Positions 57,947 to 64,000 of a stretch of 64,000 nucleotides of DNA are shown here, one piece after another. The position numbers were made by a program, and so were the translations under genes. The notes under the pieces were generated by a model. It did not search any database and was not told the origin of the DNA. It worked only from the letters and a program-made list of their open reading frames with translations. The stretch comes from Actinomycetota bacterium (lineage in GTDB: Bacteria > Actinomycetota > Thermoleophilia > Gaiellales > Gaiellaceae), in assembly GCA_005884945.1 (NCBI GenBank), contig VAYM01000109.1, positions 6,842 to 70,841 of the forward strand. The letters are read 5' to 3'. The stretch's first letter is position 1. Every line of letters starts with the position of its first letter.

Positions 57947-58872
57947 GGGCAGTTCCTTTCTGGTTCGGGTCGGCTGCTGCCGGCGGGCCGCGGTGGAACC
58001 GGCATCCGTCGAACACCGGCACCGCCACCCCGGTCCACCTCGACGCGCTCGCCCGTGAACGGGTGAGCGAAGGTGATCCGCGCCGCGTGGAGGAACTGGC
58101 GCTCGAGCCCGAGCTCGCGTGGCCGGCCGTAGACGAGGTCGCCGGCGACGGGAAGGTCGACGGCGGCGAGATGGACTCGGATCTGGTGTGTTCGCCCGGT
58201 CTCGAGGCGGACGTCGAGAAGCGCGTGGCGCGGGAGGAGCTCGACGAGCTCGAAGTGCGTGACGGCCTCGCGCGGCGTGTCCGTGTCGAGCGAGTGGCGC
58301 ATCGGATCGCGGCGGTCGCGCCCGATCGGCGCCTCGATCCGTCCCGTACGCGAACGCGGCCGGCCGACGACGAGGGCCAGGTAGCGACGCTCGAGCTCCC
58401 GCCGTCTGACGAGCGACTGGAGGCGCCTGTGCGCGTCCTCGGAGCGCGCGACGACCATCAAGCCGGACGTGTCTCGATCGAGCCGGTGGACGATCCCGGG
58501 CCGTTCCTCGTGTCCGCCGGCGGCGTCGTGCGCGAGCAGGCCGTGCACCAGTGTGCCCGTCGCGTGCCCGGGCGCCGGGTGGACGACCAGACCGGCCGGC
58601 TTGTCGACGACGAGCAGGTGCTCGTCGTCGTAAGCGATCCGGAGCTGCATCTCCTCCGCGACGAGCGGGGCGTCGTCGCGCGCGGGGGGGTCGAACTCCA
58701 CCTCCTCCCCGCCCGCGAGCCGGTGGCTCTTCTGGCGGACCGCGCCGTCGACGCGCACGTCGCCGGCCGCGAGCAGGCGCTCGGCGAGCGTGCGCGACCC
58801 GATCTCGGCGAGCCCTGCGAGGTAACGATCGAGCCGCTCGCCGGCGGCGGCGTCAGGAACGCGCTGCTTCAC
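57586..58872 (-). CDS. rluD: RluA/RluD-family pseudouridine synthase; homology ends near 58036 but the ORF has no stop until 57586 (inside rpsB)
   Basis: S4 domain, then [13 protein letters not shown], catalytic [20 protein letters not shown] and [20 protein letters not shown]. After that the translation is Pro/Arg/Ser-rich with no family resemblance, and it overlaps the rpsB leader and coding region. Confidence 0.75.
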   Translation of the reverse strand: MKQRVPDAAAGERLDRYLAGLAEIGSRTLAERLLAAGDVRVDGAVRQKSHRLAGGEEVEFDPPARDDAPLVAEEMQLRIAYDDEHLLVVDKPAGLVVHPAPGHATGTLVHGLLAHDAAGGHEERPGIVHRLDRDTSGLMVVARSEDAHRRLQSLVRRRELERRYLALVVGRPRSRTGRIEAPIGRDRRDPMRHSLDTDTPREAVTHFELVELLPRHALLDVRLETGRTHQIRVHLAAVDLPVAGDLVYGRPRELGLERQFLHAARITFAHPFTGERVEVDRGGGAGVRRMPVPPRPAGSSRPEPERNCPCPSSPCASCWRPGSTSATRRDAGTPRCGASSSRSAAASTSSTCSRRSSWSKRRTTSGATSPSAAVRCSSSARRSRPSRRSRTRRSASACPTSATAGSAVCSRTGARSLRASTGCTSSGA

Positions 58873-59479
58873 GCACGCGCGGCGGGCGCGCGGACTTCCT
58901 GTCGTCGGAGACGAGCGCCAGCAGCAGAATGGCGACGCCGATGACGATGAACGAGTCGGCGAGGTTGAACGCGGGCCAGTACTTGAAGTCGAGGAAGTCC
59001 GTCACGTGTCCGAGGCGGACGCGGTCGACGAGGTTCGAGACGCTGCCGCCGATGACGAGGCCGAGCGCGACGGGGAGCACCGGATGCCGCGAGCCCGAGC
59101 GCGCGAAGAAGTAGAGCATCCACGCGACGGCGGCAGCGGTGAGGAGGATGACGAACGACGTCGCGCTCGCGAACAGGCCGAACGCGATCCCCGAGTTCTG
59201 AACGTGGCGAATCGAGAACGGGCCGACGACGTGCACCGACTCGTTCAGCTGGAGCTGCGACGACACGATCGCCTTCGTGAGCTGGTCCGCGCCGACCGCT
59301 GCGAGCGCGACGGCGGCGAGGCTCAGCCACTGCGGCCAGCCCGCGCCGAGTCGCCGCTCCGCGACCGAAATCGGCGTCAGACCGTCCGTCGCCGAGCCGA
59401 CGCGGACGTCGGCACGACGCGCAGTCGGATCCGATGTGAGATCCCGTGCAGCTTTCGCGGGGTCACCTGCTGGAAGCAT
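58853..59479 (-). CDS. lspA: lipoprotein signal peptidase II
   Basis: NSGIAFG, VSNLVDR...VTDFLDF and FNLADSFI. An N-terminal extension of about 45 aa is present if the only available ATG (59479) is used. Confidence 0.85.
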   Translation of the reverse strand: MLPAGDPAKAARDLTSDPTARRADVRVGSATDGLTPISVAERRLGAGWPQWLSLAAVALAAVGADQLTKAIVSSQLQLNESVHVVGPFSIRHVQNSGIAFGLFASATSFVILLTAAAVAWMLYFFARSGSRHPVLPVALGLVIGGSVSNLVDRVRLGHVTDFLDFKYWPAFNLADSFIVIGVAILLLALVSDDRKSARPPRVREAARS

Positions 59480-59517
59480 GTGGCGCCGCTACGGCGACAC
59501 TCGGACGCGTAGCGTGC

Positions 59518-59886
59518 TCATCTCCCCTCGCGCTGGCGCTTGCAGTCGATGCAGAGCGTCGCCCACGGCCGCGCCTCGAGCCGCTCCGGCGGAATCTGGT
59601 TGCCGCAGTTCGTGCACGTCCCGTACGTTCCGTCCTCGATTCGCTTCAGCGCCGCGTCGATCTCCGCCAGGACGTGCTCGGAGTTCTCCTCGAGCGTGTA
59701 GTCGAGCTCGCGGTCGTACGTCACCGTCGCGGTGTCAGCGAGGTGGTTGTCGTACACGGCATCCTCGCCGGTCTCGTCGCCGATGGAGCCCGGGTTCTCC
59801 TCGTGCAGGTTGTCGATCGCCGCCTGCACGCGCTGGCGCTCCCGCAACAGCAGGTCGCGGAAGCGGTCGGTGTCGGTCACGCTCAC
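59518..59886 (-). CDS. DksA/TraR-family C4 zinc-finger protein
   Basis: C-terminal CTNCGNQIPPERLEARPWATLCIDC, preceded by a coiled coil. Confidence 0.85.
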   Translation of the reverse strand: MSVTDTDRFRDLLLRERQRVQAAIDNLHEENPGSIGDETGEDAVYDNHLADTATVTYDRELDYTLEENSEHVLAEIDAALKRIEDGTYGTCTNCGNQIPPERLEARPWATLCIDCKRQREGR

Positions 59887-60170
59887 GCCTGCTCCTTTGC
59901 CGCCGCTTCGCCGAGCCGTCGTTCGACGCGCGCGAGGTCGATACCGGCCAGCTCGACGACCTTGTCTCTGCTGCCGTGCCCCGACACGAGCGTGACCGCG
60001 TCGCGCGACACGGAGACGCTGCTCGCGATGAGGCGCACGACGGCAGCGTTCGCGCGCCCGTCTTCGGGCGGCGCTGCGACGCGGATCTTCCAGCCGTCGC
60101 CGTGCCTGCCGACGATGCGGGAACGCGTCGCGCCGGGCGACACGCGGAGATGCAACCGTGCGGCTTTCAC
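59883..60170 (-). CDS. YggU/DUF167-family protein
   Basis: LRVSPGATRSRIVG...WKIRVAAPPEDGRANAAVV..IA and SGHGSRDKVV. Confidence 0.8.
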   Translation of the reverse strand: MKAARLHLRVSPGATRSRIVGRHGDGWKIRVAAPPEDGRANAAVVRLIASSVSVSRDAVTLVSGHGSRDKVVELAGIDLARVERRLGEAAAKEQA

Positions 60171-60185
60171 GCCCTGAGTCTAGCC

Positions 60186-60623
60186 TTACGCCGCCTCGGC
60201 CTCAGCCGGCGGGACGTCGTCCTCGACCGCGGCGAGCGCCGCACGCAGGAGCGACCGCATGCGGCGGATCTCGCCGAGCAGCCGGTCGTGATCGGCACGC
60301 GCGTGACGCGCGATCGACCGCGCCTCGGCGCGTGCTTCCTCGACGATCAGGTCGGCTTCCTTGCCCGCCTGCTCCTTCAGCGTCACCGCAGCTTTCTCGG
60401 CGGAGACGAGCGTCGTGCGCAGCAGGCTCTCGAGCTCGCGGTAGCGCACGAGGTCTCCTTCCAGCTGCTCGATCTTGTCGGCGAAGTCCGCGCGCTCGCG
60501 CCAGACGTCCTCGAAGCTGACGACGATCTCGTCGAGGAGCGCGTCGACCGACGTGCGGCGATAGCCGCGGACGACCGCCTTTGGCGGCTTCAGATGTCTG
60601 ATCTCGACAGGTGTGAGTGCCAT
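60186..60623 (-). CDS. DivIVA-domain protein
   Basis: MALTPVEIRHLKPPKAVVRGYRRTSVDALLDEI plus a coiled coil. Confidence 0.85.
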   Translation of the reverse strand: MALTPVEIRHLKPPKAVVRGYRRTSVDALLDEIVVSFEDVWRERADFADKIEQLEGDLVRYRELESLLRTTLVSAEKAAVTLKEQAGKEADLIVEEARAEARSIARHARADHDRLLGEIRRMRSLLRAALAAVEDDVPPAEAEAA

Positions 60624-60632
60624 GGCTCCCTT

Positions 60633-60944
60633 TCAGTGGACCCGGTCCAGGACGGAGTCGATGACCGCCCGGATCAGGTAGAGGAAGGCCACCGCGACCA
60701 CGGGTGAGAGGTCGAGCGGCCCGAGCGTCGGGAGGATCCGCCGGAAGAGACGAAGATACGGCTCGCACACGTCGTAGAGGAACCGCTGAAGCTTGCTGAG
60801 CCACGGCGAATACGGCAGCCGGACCCACGACGTGAGGATGTACGCGAAGATGATCAGCGTGTAGACGAAGATGAAGACGTCGATGAAGCTCTTCGTCTTC
60901 GACACCGCGTCGAAGAGCAGCGCAAATACGGCGAACCCGCCCAT
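60633..60944 (-). CDS. YggT-family membrane protein
   Basis: 103 aa with two TM helices. ILTSWV...PWL and CEPYLRLFRRILP are typical of YggT. Confidence 0.8.
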   Translation of the reverse strand: MGGFAVFALLFDAVSKTKSFIDVFIFVYTLIIFAYILTSWVRLPYSPWLSKLQRFLYDVCEPYLRLFRRILPTLGPLDLSPVVAVAFLYLIRAVIDSVLDRVH

Positions 60945-60982
60945 ACGGGTCAGTTCGCCTCGAGCAGCACGTTTCCTGGCCT

Positions 60983-61522
60983 CTAGGCCTGGTTGAAGAA
61001 CCCGCCGCGCTCGAGCAGCTGCGCGCGCTGCTCGGCCGACACTTCCACGTTTCGCGGCGTGAGCAGGAAGACCTTGTCTGCGACGCGCTGCATGCCCCCG
61101 TCGAGCGCGTACGTCAGACCGCTCGCGAAGTCGATCAGTCGCTTCGACAGATCCTGGTCGGAGCTCTGGAGGTTGAGGATCACCGGGATCGAGTCCTTGA
61201 ACTTGTCCGCGATCTGCTGCGCGTCGTTGAAGCTGCGCGGGATGACGAGATGGACGCGGACGGAGGCCGGGCTCGGGAGCGCGGCGACGCGCGGACGCGG
61301 CTGCGTGCGCATGACGGCCGTGCGATCGCCGTCGGGCTCCGGGTCCGTCCAGTCGTCGAACTCGCGCTCGCGGCGCCGCGGCGCGAGCCGGCGCACATTC
61401 GGACGCTCCGAGTAGGCACGCCGGACGTCCTCGTCGGTGACGTAGGTCTCTTCGTCCCAGTCGTCCTCCTCGGCGATGCCGAAGTAGACGAGCGTGCGGT
61501 TCCAGACGTCCGCGAAGCCCAT
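60983..61522 (-). CDS. sepF: cell-division protein SepF
   Basis: Start at MGFADVWNRTLVYFGI. C-terminal core PRSFNDAQQIADKFKDSIPVILNL...RLIDFASGLTYALDG. Confidence 0.9.
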   Translation of the reverse strand: MGFADVWNRTLVYFGIAEEDDWDEETYVTDEDVRRAYSERPNVRRLAPRRREREFDDWTDPEPDGDRTAVMRTQPRPRVAALPSPASVRVHLVIPRSFNDAQQIADKFKDSIPVILNLQSSDQDLSKRLIDFASGLTYALDGGMQRVADKVFLLTPRNVEVSAEQRAQLLERGGFFNQA

Positions 61523-61535
61523 TTCGCGCGGAATG

Positions 61536-62114
61536 TTACTCTCCGTACAGGACTGATCCGACGCGGACGAGCGTCGCGCCTTCCTCTGCGGCGACGCGGT
61601 AGTCCTGGCTCGTTCCCATCGACAGCTCTCGCAGCCCGTGCTCACGCGCGAGCTCCGCGAGGCGCCGGAAGTACGGGCGCGACGTCTCGGGGTCGGTCGT
61701 CTCGGGCGGCATCGTCATCAGTCCGCGCGCGTCGGCATAGAGCGAGAGAAACCGCGGCAGCTCCTCGGGTGCGACGCCGGATTTCGTCGGTTCGCCGGAG
61801 AGGTTCACCTCGACCAGCGCCGGCACGGAGAGGCGGCGCGCCGTCGACTCCGAGTCGAGCGAATGGACGAGCTCGCAGATCCCGTTCACGATCTTCGCCT
61901 TGTTCGACTGCAGACGGCCGATGAAGTGCCAGCGGAACGCGTCGCCGTACTCCGCGTGCTTCGCCTCGAGATCCTGAGCGCGGTTCTCCCCCACGACGGC
62001 GATTCCGGTATCGGCGAGGATTCGCATGTCCGCAGCGGACACGTACTTCGTGGCGGCGACGATCGTGACATCCGGCCCGACCTCGTCCTGGATGCGCGCG
62101 TAGTTCTCACGGAC
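61536..62114 (-). CDS. yggS: YggS-family pyridoxal-phosphate homeostasis protein (no canonical start codon in the homologous N-terminal region)
   Basis: Homology starts at RVRENYARIQDEVGPDVTIVAATKY (PLP lysine) and continues GENRAQDL...HFIGRLQSNK...SMGTSQDY. The frame is open only to 62135. Upstream of the internal ATG at 62042 and the GTG just before it, both of which would remove the PLP lysine, there is no ATG, GTG or TTG. Confidence 0.75.
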   Translation of the reverse strand, partial: VRENYARIQDEVGPDVTIVAATKYVSAADMRILADTGIAVVGENRAQDLEAKHAEYGDAFRWHFIGRLQSNKAKIVNGICELVHSLDSESTARRLSVPALVEVNLSGEPTKSGVAPEELPRFLSLYADARGLMTMPPETTDPETSRPYFRRLAELAREHGLRELSMGTSQDYRVAAEEGATLVRVGSVLYGE

Positions 62115-62118
62115 GCGT

Positions 62119-62814
62119 TCAGGCGATATACGCGATCACTCCCTGGCGACCGGTGACGCCGCCGTCGCGGCGATGCGAGAAGAAGTCGCGCGCATTGCAG
62201 GCCGTGCAGACGTCGATGCGCTCGACGGACTTCACGCCCGCTTCGCGCAGCGCCTGCTCGGCCGCGGTCCACAGGTCGAGGTTGCGGCCGCGGATCACGT
62301 CTGCGCCGAACCGCGCGCGGTACGACTCGCGGATCCCGTCGCCGACCTCGTAGCAGCACGGCCCGATTCCCGGGCCGATCACCGCGCTCGCCTCGCCGCC
62401 CAGTGCCGCGACCCCCGCCTCGACGACGCCTTCGAGCAGGCCGAGACGGCCGGCGTGCAGCAGCGCGAGGCCCGGCGCGCCGTTCGTCCGGACGAGCGCG
62501 ATCGGGAGACAGTCGGCCGTGAGCTTGAGGAGCGGCAGCTGCGGCTCTTCGGTCACGAGACCGTCACCGGGCGTGCCTCGCTGACCGGCGACCGCGCGGT
62601 TGACCGTCGCACCGTGCACCTGGCGGTTCATCGCGACCTTCTCCGGGTCGGCGCCGACCTCCGTGCACGCACGTCTTCGGTTCTCTTCGACGTTCGCCGG
62701 CTCGTCGTCGGTCAGGAGGCCGAGGTTCAACGACTCGAACGGACCGGCGCTGACTCCGCCGCGCCTGGTCGTGAAGGCGACGACGTAGCCCGGTACGGCG
62801 TTCCAACGGATCAT
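62119..62814 (-). CDS. pgeF: PgeF/YfiH-family (DUF152, laccase-domain) protein
   Basis: FTTRRGGVS, QVHG, ADCLPI, GPCCYEVG, CTAC and FFSHRRD. Confidence 0.88.
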   Translation of the reverse strand: MIRWNAVPGYVVAFTTRRGGVSAGPFESLNLGLLTDDEPANVEENRRRACTEVGADPEKVAMNRQVHGATVNRAVAGQRGTPGDGLVTEEPQLPLLKLTADCLPIALVRTNGAPGLALLHAGRLGLLEGVVEAGVAALGGEASAVIGPGIGPCCYEVGDGIRESYRARFGADVIRGRNLDLWTAAEQALREAGVKSVERIDVCTACNARDFFSHRRDGGVTGRQGVIAYIA

Positions 62815-64000
62815 TCGGCGAGCAGCTCCCGTGCGGCGGCCAGCTCCTCCGCGCGACCCGCGAGCTCGCCGTTGAGCTTGCGCCGGCGGAGCTCGCCGAG
62901 GACCTCGCCGACGCGCGGCGACTCCTCGAGGCCGAGCGCGCGCAGATCGTCTCCGTCGACCTCGAGCCGGACGCCGCGCAGCTGCTCGAAGTAGCGTCGC
63001 AACGCGGAATCCTCGCGCCGAGCGAGCGTGTACAACGCCGTGTCGGGCCCGGTGCGCTCGACCGCCTCGACGATCTCGGCCGGCGCGTCGGCACGGCCGG
63101 TCAGCGCGGAGCGCAGGAACGGCTCTTCGCGGCGCGCCGCCTCGACTCCGTCCGCGATCCGGCGGTTCACCTTGATGTCGTCGAGCCATCCCTCGGGCGC
63201 GCGGATCGAGAGCAGGCCGAGATGCGCGCGCGGCAGGCCGAGCGAATACGCCTCGTTGAGCCCGCGCAACCGCTGCTGGAGATCCGTGGGCGCGGCTGGA
63301 AACTCGACGTCGAGCTGCGCGTCGATGCCGAGCTCATGCAGGCGCGCGAGTATTCGCTCGGGCTCGTCCTCCTCGAAGATCGCGAACAGCTCTTCTCGCA
63401 CTCGCGCCCCCGACAGCTGCGCCACGCCCGGCGCGGCCAGCATCGCGAGCGTCTCCGTCTTCGGATCCATCCTGAAGTCGAGCCGCGTCTCGTACCGCGC
63501 GGCGCGGAAGATCCGCGTCGGATCCTCGACGAACGACGCCTCGTGGAGCACGCGGACGAGACGGTCGCGGAGATGCGCGATGCCGTCGAAGCGATCGATC
63601 AGACGTGCATCGGGCAGCGAGATCGCCATCGCGTTGATGGTGAAGTCGCGCCGAGCGAGGTCTTCCTCGATCGAGTCGGCCGGCGCCACGTCGGGAAGCG
63701 CAGCCGGCTCGGTGTACGTCTCCGTCCGCGCGGTAGCGACGTCGACGTGCGCGCGGTCGTCGTAGTCGACCCTCGCCGTGCCGAACTGCCCGTAGGTCGT
63801 GAGCGTTCCACCGAGCCGGGCCGCGAGGTGCCCGGCGAATCGCTCCGCGTCCCCGACGACCGCCAGATCGAAGTCGTAGCGCGGCGGCCGCCTCGACATC
63901 AGGTCGCGAACTGTCCCCCCGACGAGGTACGCGGGGCCCGGAAGCGCTTCGAGCACCTGACCGAACCGCTCCAGGCCGGCCAGCTCGCGCCCGACGTTGG
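62811..64000 (-). CDS. CCA-adding enzyme/poly(A) polymerase-family nucleotidyltransferase (5' end probably beyond the right window edge)
   Basis: LVGGTVRDLM...DFDLAV, RDFTINAM and a helical body. The frame stays open to position 64000. Confidence 0.8.
   Translation of the reverse strand, partial: NVGRELAGLERFGQVLEALPGPAYLVGGTVRDLMSRRPPRYDFDLAVVGDAERFAGHLAARLGGTLTTYGQFGTARVDYDDRAHVDVATARTETYTEPAALPDVAPADSIEEDLARRDFTINAMAISLPDARLIDRFDGIAHLRDRLVRVLHEASFVEDPTRIFRAARYETRLDFRMDPKTETLAMLAAPGVAQLSGARVREELFAIFEEDEPERILARLHELGIDAQLDVEFPAAPTDLQQRLRGLNEAYSLGLPRAHLGLLSIRAPEGWLDDIKVNRRIADGVEAARREEPFLRSALTGRADAPAEIVEAVERTGPDTALYTLARREDSALRRYFEQLRGVRLEVDGDDLRALGLEESPRVGEVLGELRRRKLNGELAGRAEELAAARELLAE

Overview
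This is a high-GC (roughly 70%) chromosomal core segment of actinobacterial type. Gene order resembles deep-branching Actinomycetota, but the taxon cannot be proven from this window. I can support about 75 coding regions and one tRNA (Pro-GGG). I found no rRNA, CRISPR array, transposase, integrase or recognisable defence island. The long arginine-rich ORFs in the six-frame track are shadow ORFs caused by GC bias.

Syntenic blocks, left to right:
- a BMP-type nucleoside ABC transporter
- rodZ-like, cinA, thpR, recA, recX, rny
- miaB, an epimerase, miaA, dapF-like, then dapD/dapC on the opposite strand, then hflX, dut, nudix
- gatD and murT
- a membrane GGDEF plus HD-GYP protein
- two sigma-70 factors
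- an S9 peptidase
- a long minus-strand operon: pgsA, NDP-sugar transferase, RsiG-like, FHA, MerR, apt and hypotheticals
- archease and rtcB
- flp pilin, DUF4242/TetR, tRNA-Pro
- proS, ispG, rseP, dxr
- cdsA, uppS, frr, pyrH, tsf, rpsB
- rluD, lspA, dksA-like, yggU, divIVA, yggT, sepF, yggS, pgeF and a CCA-type nucleotidyltransferase

I see no convincing new multi-gene system. The observations most worth a second look are:
1. A 0.6-kb AT-rich, repeat-dense, highly structured intergenic island at 33.5-34.1 kb, which may be an ncRNA or a long leader.
2. Several core genes with frame, stop or start defects (cinA, rny, dapD, gatD, the rluD 3' end, the yggS start).
3. A dapF orthologue with both catalytic cysteines replaced by serine.
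4. A small RsiG-like protein carrying a near-canonical c-di-GMP-binding motif.
5. A dispersed intergenic hairpin repeat of about 60 nt, present in three copies.
6. A repeat protein lying in frame directly behind the TAA stop of the GGDEF/HD-GYP gene.
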